From NCBI GenBank assembly GCA_038087875.1, contig CM075988.1:2666001-2730000 (forward strand): a stretch of DNA of 64,000 bases. The letters run 5' to 3'. The position numbers and the translations under genes are program-made. Under the pieces are notes generated by a model. It made no database searches, had not been told where the DNA came from, and was given only the letters and a program-made list of their open reading frames with translations. The DNA comes from Malacoraja senta (Eukaryota). Of the stretch, positions 11,549 to 21,979 are shown one piece after another. The first letter of the stretch is position 1. Every line of letters begins with the position of its first letter.

Positions 11549-11816
11549 AGTTTAAAGATACAGTGTGAAAACAGGCCCTTCAGCCCATTGAGTCCGCGCC
11601 GACCCACGATCAGCGTACACTAGTTCTATTATGCAACTAAATGCAATTTGCAGAAACCTTTCGGGTGTAGGAGGAAATCGGAGCACCTAGAGAAAACCTA
11701 TGCGGCCGCAGGCAGAACGTACAAAACTCCGTACAGACAGCGCCCGAAGTCAGGATCGAACCCGGGTCTCTGGCACTGTAAGGCAGCAACTCAACTGCTG
11801 CGCCACCGTGCTGCCC
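11549..11816 (-). mobile_element. tRNA-derived V-SINE (HE1-like)
   Basis: A box TGGCGCAGCAG, B box GGTTCGATCC, V-type core, CR1-like tail GGGCCTGTTT..CTGTATCT. Confidence 0.85.
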
Positions 11817-11887
11817 TGTGACTCTAACCTCAGCCCAACTGACATCCAGTACCACTTGCAAACATCTCCCAATGCCTGGAGCACTGG

Positions 11888-12086
11888 TGGGTTTGGGGGT
11901 CAGTGTGGGGTGGGGATGGGGTCAGTGTGGGGGTGGGGGTGGGGGTCAGTATGTGGGTAATGGGGTCAGTGTGGGGGTGGGGGTCAGTGTGGGGGTGGGG
12001 GTCAGTGTGGGGGTGGGGTGGGGTTAGTGTGGGGGTAATGGGGTCAGTGTGGGGGTAACAGGGTCAGTGTGGGGGTGGGGTCAGTG
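11888..12086 (+). repeat. G-rich tandem repeat (GGGGTCAGTGTGGGGGT)n, G-quadruplex-prone
   Basis: Many G4-G5 runs separated by short loops. Confidence 0.9.
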
Positions 12087-12582
12087 TGAGAAGGGAGATG
12101 GGGGTCTGTCAATCCTCCTTTCATGGTCTCACCAGAGGCTGGGGCAAAGAGTTGAGACCTCACTAGGCTGTCACTGTGTAAGACCCTCCCCATCCGACCT
12201 TCTGGCCACAACCAACATCCCCCAAGCTGCTGCTCTCACGGTGGCTGAGATGCGCGTGGACCTGCTGAGATGTTGTCTGGTCCACTGTTCTCAGATGACT
12301 TTTACTATTACAAGCAGTGAGTTGACTTGGATGTGAGCTGGAGACTGACATCTACACTGGAGATGATCTCGGCAGAGGCTGAGTGCAACGTCCAGTTGGA
12401 ATTACTGGCTTTGCACATGAGGGTTTAGTACAAGACAGAACATGCACGTTGAAGAAAGCAGAATTCATCCTTCATGTATGGAGATGGCTTGCAACTGTTG
12501 GGGTCGGAGAATAGGGAGAACACATCTGGTTTCCACGCAGCACCATTGTTCTCATCCTTGCATTCTCTGCAGATACTTCCTC

Positions 12583-13048
12583 TGTGTGTGTGTGTGGGGG
12601 TGGGGGTGGAGGTGTGTGAGGGGTGCGTGTGTGTGTGTGTGTGGGGGGTGGGTGAGAGTGTTTGTGTGTATGTGGGGGGGGGGGTGGGTGGGGGGATGTT
12701 GTGTGTGTGTGTGTGTGGGGGGGGGGTTGAGCATGTGGGTGGGTGTGTGTGTGTCTTTGTGGGGGGAGGGGTGTTGTGGGTGTGGGTGTGTGTGGGGGGG
12801 TGCGTCGTGTGGGTGGGTGGGGGGGTGTTTGTGTGTGTGTGTGGGGGGGGTGGGGGGATGTTGCGGGTGTTTGTGTGTGGGGGGTGCGTTGAGCTTGTGG
12901 GTGGCTGTGTGTGTGTGGGGGGGTGTTTGTGTCCGCGTGAGTGCATGCTTGCGTGCGTGCGCGTGTGTGTGTGTGTGTGCGTGTGTGCGTGCGCGCGCGT
13001 GTGTGTGTGCGTGTGTGCGTGTGTGCATGCGCGTGCGTGTGTTGTGTG
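12583..13048. repeat. Complex (GT)n/(G)n/(GC)n low-complexity tract
   Basis: Direct reading; source of the spurious His/Thr/Pro and Val/Cys/Gly ORFs. Confidence 0.95.
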
Positions 13049-13854
13049 CCACGTTCCTCCACGCCATGCTGAATGCCACAGTTGTACAACCTGGCCATTC
13101 TGTGGGTCAGGGCTGGTACCAACAGCGGGATACTTCCTTTGCTATCCCAGCTCAGTGAAACACATCCTGAGCTGCAGGAGACTTGGTCAATGTGATATCC
13201 ATGGCTGTTAGCTTTTATTTTTTATCTTCGAGAGGCTCATGGATTTTGTCAGGCTGTTTGGAGAAATCTCCTTTCTTGATAGTGTAACTGTCAGTCCAAA
13301 CACTGTCAAACAATGATCGTTTTTCAGGATTCTGCTGGAATACAAACAGGAGGAAATAATTTATTCCCACAAGCCTATTCAATCTCTGATCGCTACATTT
13401 GATCGATTTGCGCCAACCAAATCTCAAATGCAAAATAAACTTGAGAATCCAGCTGTCCTTTTCATATGTGGGTTAGTTTAACTTCACCAGGGAGTCCTTC
13501 CCTGGTGCCTTCATGTCCTGACCTAACCCTGAGCAGTTCCTCTTTATCCCACCATCCTGAAAACTTTCATTAAATCATCCTTAATTATATTGAAGGGAGT
13601 CCTTCCCTGGTATATGGCATCTCTCCCAACTGTCCAACCCTGTGTGCGGGTATCATTCAGTTAACTTTCCATTATACACCTGCATGGCCAATGTATCTTC
13701 AAGATGGCACCTGACCTGATGTGCTCCAGGTACAGCCAGCAAAATGCCATCTCCTTGCATTGCATTCCCACCATGATTATTTCTGTCCATGAACTCCATT
13801 GGATGTCTCGAAATAAAGATAGAAAAACTCCAGATAGGTTCAACAGTTTTGGGT

Positions 13855-13998
13855 GGGCACGGTGGCACAGGGGTAGAATTGCTACCTTACAGCCGGAGAG
13901 ACTTGGGTTCCATCCTGATTACGGGTGCTGTCTGTACACAGTTTGTATCTGTATCTCTAAACTATCTCTGTATCTATAAACTGTATCTCTAAAACTAA
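13855..13998 (+). mobile_element. V-SINE, internally deleted
   Basis: tRNA-like head joined directly to a CTGTATCTCTAAA tail. Confidence 0.75.
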
Positions 13999-14299
13999 AA
14001 AACGAAAACCATCTTCATTCTATCTATTCTCACCTGGTCCAAACTCTCCCCATCTCCCCATCTCCCCATGCCTTCCCTCACTTCCATCACTTGCCGGCCC
14101 CTGTCGATACATTCTCCCCCTCAATGTCCAGAGCCTTTACACCTCCGTCCCTGAGCAAGGCATGAACCGAGGTCCAACCTGCTCCATCCCCCTGGTTCAC
14201 CTGCCTCACCTTCAGCAGCCCCCCCTCTAACTGACAGTCGATCGAAGGGGTCGCTCTGGGGAGTCTGTGGTTTGAAGTTAATTGTCATCTATTGTCAAC

Positions 14300-14665
14300 A
14301 GATCTTATAGAGGTGTACAAAATCATGAAAGGAATAGATCGGGTAGATGCACAGTCTTTTACCCAGAGCAGGGGAATCGGGGACCAGAGGACATAGGTTC
14401 AAGGTGAAGGGAAAAAGATTTAATAGGAATCCGAGGGGTAGCTTTTTCACACAGAGGGTGGTGGGTGTATTGAACAAGCTGCCAGAGGAGGTAGTTGAGA
14501 CTGGGACTATCCCATCGTTTAAGAAACAGTTGGACAGGTACATGGATAGGACAGGTTTGGAGGGTCATGGACCACGCACAGGCAACTGGGACTAGGGTAG
14601 CTGGGACATTGTTGGCCGGTGTGGGCGAGTTGGGCCGAAGGGCCTGTTTCCACACTGTATCACTC
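14300..14665 (+). mobile_element. CR1 LINE 3' end
   Basis: TRGHRFKVKG..FFTQRVVGVLNKLP..FKKQLDRYM, then tail GGGCCGAAGGGCCTGTTTCC. Confidence 0.9.
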
Positions 14666-14975
14666 TTTGACTTTACTGAGGTATAATGAAAAGCTTATGA
14701 TGCGTGTTAACCAGTCAGCGAAAAGCCAGTACATGATTGCCACTGAGCCATCTACAGTGTAGAGATACATGTTATAGAGAATAACGTGAATAACGTTTAA
14801 TGCAAGATAAAGTACAGTAAAGTCCAATCAAAGATAGTCCGAGGGTCTCCATTCTTTGTTTCAGCCTTACACATCCTGTGCTCACGATTGCCCCAGGAGC
14901 ATTGACTGCCTGGGTTAAACTTCCTCACCAGCATGGAAAATCATTGACACTAATGGGGCATACCACATACCACCA

Positions 14976-16510
14976 GGGGGCGCCGCACGATGGCAGCCTC
15001 GCCAACAGTCTATCTGTTTTTTCTACATTTTTGTTTGTTATTTTTAGTGTGTTTTAAAAGTTTGTGTTAATGTTCTCTGGTTTGTTTTATGTGGGGGATG
15101 GGGGAGGGCGTCTGGGGAAACTTTTTTTCAATCTCTTACCTTGCAGGATTGTTTTCCGGATCGTATCTCCGGTTGCTCTGCGGCCTAACATCATGGAGCT
15201 GTGCGCCTTGCTCGGGACTGACTTTGAGCCATTGGAGCCTGAGATCCCTTGCCTGGGATCGAAGCTAAACCGTGGCCTGCGAATTTCACCATTGAGGAGC
15301 TCGGGTAGAGACCGATGTCGGGAAGCTCCAAACGAAGCAGAAGATTCGACCAGCTCCGACTCGGGGTCCGATCGCTTGGCGCGGGGAGTTGACATCCCCC
15401 TGATGCAAGAGCATCCCCCTGATTGCCCTGACGTGGAGGGTCCGACCACTATATGGGAGCCAAGATTGTCCCGTCAACGGAAGGCTGGAGGCTCCCGATC
15501 ACGGGAGAACAAAGAAGGGAAGAGATTGAACTTTTTTTTCGCCTTCCATCACAGTGAGGAATGCGGAGGAGTCACTGTTGTGGATGTTTATGTCAAAATG
15601 TATTTTGTGTGTTCTGTTGCTTTTTATTAGTATGACTGGAAGTGGCGGCGCTGTTGCACAGCTGCGGCTCGCCTGCAGTTTTCTTTTTGTCCTGTTTTAG
15701 TTACATTTTAGTTTATTGGGTTGTGTATGTGTTGGGGGGGGGGGGTGAAACATGTTTTTTGTCTCTTCCTTCAGGGGAATGCGACTTTTTCTTGTCGTAT
15801 CCCCCTTCTCTGCCTCCGTCTGCGCTGAGGCCAAAATGGCGGAGCTGCCGGCCTCCAACTCCAACTGCGACCGACCGACCTCGAGGCTCCGGAGGCAGAT
15901 CCAGGACTTACCAGCGCGGGGCTGGCCGGCTTTGGGGCTGCGGTGGCGTTCCGGCGGTGGCAACCGAGGATGCTGGTGGCGACCTGAGTCCGGAGGCTCG
16001 GCCGCGGGCCCGGTGGACGACATCGTCGGGAGCTCGCAGGTCACAGGTGGGTGACCTGTTTTTCTGGGGCTCCCGCAATTACAGCTGCGTCCGCTGGACT
16101 GGAGGGCGGCAGCTTCGGCAGCTTCGGCCACCCCGGGCCGCGGAGTTTGAACCGGCCCGTGGCGGACGGAGCACGGGACTGACTTACCATCACCCGGCGG
16201 GGTCACAACATCAGAAGTCTGGATCGCCTCAGCGCAGAGGGAGAACAAAGAGGGAAGAGACAGAGACTTTAAGACTTTTGCCTCCATCACAGTGAAGAGG
16301 TGCCTGGTGAACTCACTGTGGTGGATGTTAATTTGTGTTCATTGTGTGTTTTGTTATTTATTATATGTATGACTGCAGGCAACGAAATTTCGTTCAGACC
16401 GAAAGGTCTGAATGACAATAAAGGAATCTAAGTCTGTATGGCAAATCAAATTCCTCGTATGTTGAAAAACATACTTGGCTAATAAACTATGATTATTATC
16501 ATGATTTTGA
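14976..16510 (+). mobile_element. CpG-rich non-autonomous retroposon with Rex1/Babar-type tail, interrupted near its 3' end by a related element
   Basis: Shares the CCTTCCATCACAGTGAGG..TCACTGTTGTGGATG hairpin module; tail resumes at about 16433 and ends AATAAAC plus a short repeat. Confidence 0.65.
15638..16430 (+). mobile_element. About 800-bp CpG-rich non-autonomous retroposon (copy 1)
   Basis: Highly similar to 55337-56194; starts GGAAGTGGCGG; ends TTCAGACC-GAAA-GGTCTGAA stem-loop plus TGACAATAAA. Confidence 0.85.
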
Positions 16511-16769
16511 TTGACGTGATCCTGGACCGTGACCTCGGCTGCCCTCCCCACAGATGCTGTCTCACCAACATGCCTTGTTACTATTTCCCACCTCCACCGT
16601 CAGCAGTATTTTGCTTTTGCAAGTCATTGAGGAGGCAGTAGTGGCTTCACCAACTGTTAGCTGTCATATTTTCCATGTGGGGTGGGACATGGCGTCCCTA
16701 CGTCAACAGGCTGGAGTTATCAGTGCAGTCCTGTGTGTGGATTGATGTTAGGTGTGTGGACAGGTGTTT

Positions 16770-17068
16770 GGTTTAGTTTGAAGATACAGCACTGAAACAG
16801 GCCCTTTGGCCCACCGAGTCCGCGCCAATGAACCATCACCCGTGCACTAGTTCTACCCTACACACACAAGGGACAATTTACAGAAGCCAATTAACCTACA
16901 AACTGACACATCTTTGGAGTGTGGGAGGAAACCGGAGCACCTGGAAAAAAACCACGTGGGTCACAGGGAGAATGTACAATCTCCGTACAGACAGCACCCA
17001 TGGTCAGTCTTGAACATGGGTCTCACCATGTGCTGGTGTAAGGCAGCAACTCTACCGCTGCACCACCT
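16770..17068 (-). mobile_element. V-SINE (HE1-like)
   Basis: Same head, core and tail as the other copies. Confidence 0.85.
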
Positions 17069-17619
17069 GTGGGGGGAGGGAGGTTTAATGGGAATGTGGG
17101 GAGAATAAAAAGGGATTACAGTAGCACTGTTGCAAATGGCAAATGGGTGGTCTATGGTGGGTCGCAGGGACTGTTTCTGCACTGTGTAATTGACTATAAA
17201 GGGCTGCGAGCTCTGACTGCAGAAGAGACAGCGACATCCAACAACAGCCTGGTTACTGTGCTGATGATCTGTGCTTCAGAGCTAATCTGCTTCGAGCCAA
17301 GGTGAGCAGAACAGCTGCATGACTGGCAACTTACCAACCGTGGATGATTGCCCAGTCTGGGCCTAGTTGGGACTAATTCCATCCAAATCGATTACTGCCT
17401 CATCAATCTACTCCCAGTCCTCAGCCAGGGTTTGGATGGCGTTTGCAGAGTTATCAAGATCCACAGACTCGCCAACAACCTGCTCATCAGAGCTCATTTG
17501 TGTTGTACCAAGGACTCTCTAGCCCAGGACTCATTCTGGCCTCGGTACAAATCTAGACAAAGGATTGAATTCTAGTGCCAACACGAGAGTGCTGTTATTA
17601 AGGCATATTTAGTGTGATA

Positions 17620-17938
17620 TTTAGTTTAGTTTAGTTTATTTTATTTTAGAGATACAATGCAGAAACAGGCCCTTTGCCCCACCGAGTCTGCACCGACCAG
17701 CGATCCCCGCACATTAACACTATCCTACACACACTAGGGACAATTTACAATTACACCAAGCCAATTAACCTACAAACTTGCGCGTCTTTGCAGTGTGGGT
17801 GGAAACCGAGGATCTTGGAGAAAACCCACGCAGGTCACAAGGAGAACGTACAAACCCCGTACAGACGGTACCCATGGTCAGGATCGAACCCGGGTCTCTG
17901 GCGCTGTGAGGCAAAAACTCTACTGCTGCACCACCATG
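17620..17938 (-). mobile_element. V-SINE (HE1-like)
   Basis: B box GGTTCGATCC, (CTAAA)n tail. Confidence 0.88.
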
Positions 17939-18283
17939 TCACTCGTATCAAGGAGCTTGCTGGTAAACTGGATAATGCCTTTTACAAAGGGATTGTTTAT
18001 GGTTGTTGGAGATTCATCGGCTTATCCTCAGGATATCACTGAAGGAGATCCAGCAGAGACGATGGCCTCCTATGACATAGCCATTTTATGGAGATTTTGT
18101 GCCTGCCCGGGGATGTCCAAGATCATTAATAACTTGGATGTGAGGCAGGAGTCATGATCTTCATGAAGATCACTAAAGAGGCAGAGTTTTAAAGAAGGAA
18201 CTGCAGATGCTGGAAAATCGAAGGTACACAAAAATGCTGGAGAAACTCAGCGGGTGCAGCAGCATCTATGGAGCGAAGGAAAT

Positions 18284-18320
18284 AGGTAACGTTTCGGGCC
18301 GAAACCCTTCTTCAGACTGA
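18284..18320 (-). ncRNA. Minimal type I hammerhead ribozyme motif
   Basis: CUGAAGA core, one extra A, stem II GGG/CCC, GAAA, palindromic AACGUU helix III; helix I is only about 2 bp. Confidence 0.65.
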
Positions 18321-18431
18321 TAGGGGGTGGGGAGAAGAAAGGAAAAAAGGAAAAGGCGGAGGAGGAGCCCGAGGGCTGGGGGAGGGGAGGAGACAACCAG
18401 ATGGCTGATGAAGGGGAGGGGACAGCCAGAG

Positions 18432-21209
18432 CTAGCAGAATTGGGAGAATTCAACGTTCAGGCCACCAGGATGTAGACTGCCCAAGCGGAATATGAGGTG
18501 CATTTCCTCCAATTTACGGTGTTGCTCGCTGTGGCCATGGAGGAGACCCAGGACAGAGAGGTCAGATACGGAATGGGAGGGGGAGTTGAAGTGCTGAGCC
18601 ACCGGGAGTTCAGGTTGGTTATTGCGGACCGACCGGAGGTGTTCGGCGAAACGATCGCCAAGCCTCCGCTTGGTCTCACCGATGTAGATCAGCTGGCATC
18701 TAGAGCAGCAAATGCAATAGATGAGGTTGGAGGAGATGCAGGTGAACCTCTGTCGCACCTGGAACGACTGCTTGGGTCCTTGAATGGAGTGGAGGGGGGA
18801 AGTGAAGGGACAAGTGTTGCATCTCTTGCGGTTGCAAGGGAAAGTACCAGGGGAGGGGGTGGTATGGGAGGGAAGGGAAGAATTGACAAGGGAGTTACGG
18901 AGGGAGCGGTCTTTGCGGAAGGCAGACATAGGGGGAGATGGGAAGATGTGGCGAGTGGTGGGGTCACGTTGGAGGTGGCGAAACTGACGGAGGATCACTT
19001 GTTGTATGTGACGGCTGGTGGGGTGAAAGGTGAGGACTAGGGGGACTCTGCCTTTGTTGTGAGTGGGGGGATGGGGAGAGAGAGCAGTGTTGCGGGGTAT
19101 GGCAGAGACCCTGGTGCGAGCCTCATCTATGGTGGAGGAGGGGAACCCCCGTTCCCTGAAGAATGAGGACATTTCAGATGCCCTGGTGTGGAACGCCTCA
19201 TCCTGGGAGCAGATGCGGCGTAGACGGAGGAATTGGGAGTGGGGGATGGAGTCCTTACAGGAAGCAGGGTGGGAAGAAGTGTAGTCCAGATAGCCATGGG
19301 AGTCGGTAGGTTTGTAGTGGATGTCGGTAAGGAGTCTATCACCTGCGATGGAGATAGTGAGGTCAAGGAATGGTAGGGAAGTGTCGGAAATGGTCCAGGT
19401 GTATTTGAGTGCCGGATGGAAGTTGGTGGTGAAGCGGATGAAGTCAGTCAGTTGTGTGTGGGTGCAGGATGTGGCACCAAAACAATCATCGATGTAGCGG
19501 AGGTAGAGGTCGGGGATGGGGCCCTGGTACGCATTGAACAAGGATTGTTCTACGTACCCGACAAAGAGGCAGGCGTAGCTGGGGCCCATGCGTGTGCCCA
19601 TAGCTACGCCTTGTATTTGGAGGAAATGGGAGGAGTCAAATGAAAAGTTATTAAGTGTAAGTACCAGCTCCGCTAGGCGGAGGAGGGTGTCAGTGGCCGG
19701 GTATAGATTGCTTCTACGGTCGAGGAAAAAACGGAGGGCTTTGAGACCATCCTGGTGGGGGATGGAGGTGTACAGTGACTGGACGTCCATGGTGAAGATG
19801 AGGGGGTGATGGCCTAGAGAGTGGAATGCGCGGAGATGACGGAGAGTGTCTGAGGTGTCTTGAACATAGGTGGGGAGGGATTTAACCAAGGGGGATAGTA
19901 TGGCGTCGAGGTAGGTGGAGATGAGTTCGGTGGGGCAAGAACAGGCAGAGACAATGGGTCTACCGGGACAGTCAGGTTTGTGGATTTTGGGGAGAAGGTA
20001 AAAGCGGGCTGTGCGGGGCTGGGGAACGATGAGGTTGGAGGCTCGTTCGGGCAGGGCGTGGGAGTGGATGAAGTTGGTGATGGTGCTGGAGATGGTGGCC
20101 TGGTGCTCGTCAGTGGGGTCATGGTCCAGGGGTAAGTAGGAAGAGGTGTCCGAGAGTTGGCGCGTGGCCTCAGCTTTGTAGAGGTCGACGCGCCAGACTA
20201 CCACGGCACCTCCCTTGTCGGCGGGTTTGATAACCCAATCTAGGTTGTTGCGGAGTGAGTCGATGGCAGTGCGTTCAAGGGGGGAGAGATTGGAGTGAGA
20301 CAGGGGAGTGGAGAAGTTGAGGCGGTTGATGTCACGGCGGCAGTTTTTAATAAAGAGTTCTAAAGCCGGAAGGCTACGAGGGGGGTTCCATGAGGATGGG
20401 GTGCGTTGGAGACGGGAAAAGGGGTCATCAGTGGGGAGCGAGGACTCCTTCCCATGGAAGTGAGCTGTGAGGCGGAGGCGACGGTAGAAGCGTTCCAAGT
20501 CATGGAGGGCACGGAACTCATTGAGATGGGGACGGAGGGGGACAAAGGTATGACCTCTGCTGAGGACAGACCGTTCGATGTCGGAGAGGGGGAGGTCGGG
20601 GGGGATGGTGAACACCCGGCAGGGATGGGGGTTGGGGCCGGAGGAAGGCAGGTGGGTGGAATGGGGACGGGGTGATGTGTGGTGGGGGGGTGGTGGGTGG
20701 TCAGGGGGTGGGGGGGTGAGAGGGCAGTGGTGTGGGTGTGGAAGAGAAGTGGTCCCATAGTTGGAGAGGGATGGGGAAGAATCAGTGGAACTGCCACTGA
20801 GATAACCAGGGCTAGGCAGACTAGCGCTAGGACCCAGTGGAGTCAAACCCAGGAGAGTGGGAGTGAGCAGCGTGGAGGCTTCAGGCCCAGTACAGAGTCC
20901 AGTTTGCAGGTAAGGCGACGGCTGCGGGCTGCTGGAGGGAGGTGCAGTGGCGAGGGTCAGCGGACCCGACGGTCGGGGTCCGTGGGCAGTGTAGTCGGGG
21001 TCGGTGGGGCTGGAGGGCGTTGCAGTGGCGAGGGTCGGCGGACCCGATGGTCGGGGTCCGTGGGCAGTAGAGTCGGGGTCCACGGGCGATGCGTGGGAGG
21101 TCCCGGTAGGCGGATGGTCGGTGGGGCGGCGCGGTTCGACCAGCCCGGTGAGGCGACGGGGTGAATAGGGTGCGGTGCGGCGGCCAAGTTCGTGGAGCCC
21201 CGGTCCCAT
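18432..21209 (-). CDS. Penelope-type reverse transcriptase plus GIY-YIG endonuclease, 925-codon open frame (start codon uncertain)
   Basis: IKPADKGGAVV, FYLLPKIHK..PGRPIVS, TMDVQSLYTSIP, QGVAMGTRMGPSYA, YLRYIDD, PFLDL, CNRKRCNTC linker, NLIYCI..IYIGETKRRL..RFAEH. Confidence 0.92.
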   Translation of the reverse strand: MGPGLHELGRRTAPYSPRRLTGLVEPRRPTDHPPTGTSHASPVDPDSTAHGPRPSGPPTLATATPSSPTDPDYTAHGPRPSGPLTLATAPPSSSPQPSPYLQTGLCTGPEASTLLTPTLLGLTPLGPSASLPSPGYLSGSSTDSSPSLSNYGTTSLPHPHHCPLTPPPPDHPPPPHHTSPRPHSTHLPSSGPNPHPCRVFTIPPDLPLSDIERSVLSRGHTFVPLRPHLNEFRALHDLERFYRRLRLTAHFHGKESSLPTDDPFSRLQRTPSSWNPPRSLPALELFIKNCRRDINRLNFSTPLSHSNLSPLERTAIDSLRNNLDWVIKPADKGGAVVVWRVDLYKAEATRQLSDTSSYLPLDHDPTDEHQATISSTITNFIHSHALPERASNLIVPQPRTARFYLLPKIHKPDCPGRPIVSACSCPTELISTYLDAILSPLVKSLPTYVQDTSDTLRHLRAFHSLGHHPLIFTMDVQSLYTSIPHQDGLKALRFFLDRRSNLYPATDTLLRLAELVLTLNNFSFDSSHFLQIQGVAMGTRMGPSYACLFVGYVEQSLFNAYQGPIPDLYLRYIDDCFGATSCTHTQLTDFIRFTTNFHPALKYTWTISDTSLPFLDLTISIAGDRLLTDIHYKPTDSHGYLDYTSSHPASCKDSIPHSQFLRLRRICSQDEAFHTRASEMSSFFRERGFPSSTIDEARTRVSAIPRNTALSPHPPTHNKGRVPLVLTFHPTSRHIQQVILRQFRHLQRDPTTRHIFPSPPMSAFRKDRSLRNSLVNSSLPSHTTPSPGTFPCNRKRCNTCPFTSPLHSIQGPKQSFQVRQRFTCISSNLIYCICCSRCQLIYIGETKRRLGDRFAEHLRSVRNNQPELPVAQHFNSPSHSVSDLSVLGLLHGHSEQHRKLEEMHLIFRLGSLHPGGLNVEFSQFC

Positions 21210-21554
21210 GTGGTGACTGGCTGAGAGTGACTCATCATGTGGGAGATGTACAGGCCCTCTATGCTATTGATTATTATTGCCATGTGTGCTGCCAAACATG
21301 AGTACAACCAGCCATACTCAAGTACAGCATGTAGTGCAGAGAGAAAAATGCCAGAGGGCAGAATATAGTGTTGCCGCTACAGAGAAACTGCAGGTAAAAA
21401 AGTGCAAGGGCTGCAGTGAGATAGGTTGGGAGATTGGAGTTATACTCATGACTAACAAAAGGTCCATTGAAGAATCTGATAACAAATGTAAGGAGCCATT
21501 CCTGTATCTGGTGGTACGTGCTTTCAAGGTTTTGTATCATCAGCCTGACGGGAG

Positions 21555-21835
21555 ATTGGAGGCGGGAACGATAAAGGCGTGAGTGGTCCTAGATATATTT
21601 TGACTGCTTTCCAGAGACAGTGTGAGGTGTAGATGGAGTCAATGGTGGTGATTCTGGTCTGTGTGATGGATTGGGCTGCATCCACAACTCTGCCATTTCT
21701 CACATGTTTGGGTAGAGCAGTTGCCATGCCAGGCTATGACGCATCCCAATAGGATGCACTCGACGGCACTTCTGTTGAAATGAGTAAGCGTTTTTGGAGA
21801 CACACCAAACTTCCTCCGTCTTCGAAGGAAAGTGA
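21555..21835 (-). mobile_element. Rex1/Babar LINE RT C-terminal fragment
   Basis: RVVDAAQSITQTRITTIDSIYTSHCL. Confidence 0.75.
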
Positions 21836-21979
21836 AGGACCAGGACCCTGATCATTTGTAGGAGGAGCCACCATCCCGGCAGAAGGTTCTTGAGCAGAAA
21901 CCCGACTCCATATCCCCTGATTTGCCCTGGGCTCCTTTATTGCCAGAGGGTGAGAGTCCTATCCCTGATGTTCCCAACA

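Larger units (their letters stand above)
18191..21209 (-). mobile_element. Penelope-like retroelement (GIY-YIG EN+, Neptune-like Cys linker) with hammerhead-bearing tail
   Basis: Long RT-EN ORF followed by an approximately 240-nt tail containing CTGAAGA-A-GGGTTTCGGCCC-GAAACGTT. Confidence 0.93.

Noticed and set aside
12425..13211. Long His/Thr/Pro-rich and Val/Cys/Gly-rich ORFs
   Set aside because: Translations of a GT/G microsatellite that lacks stop codons
15064..16295. 188-217 aa ORFs, and similar ones at 55437-56104
   Set aside because: GC-rich repeat that is open on both strands; frames are not preserved between the two copies
18498..21164. Plus-strand ORFs opposite the Penelope ORF
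   Set aside because: Antisense shadows of a GC-rich coding frame with no recognisable motifs
18432..21209. Telomerase, retron or group II intron RT
   Set aside because: The DKG motif, C-terminal GIY-YIG and dispersed truncated copies identify a Penelope-like element
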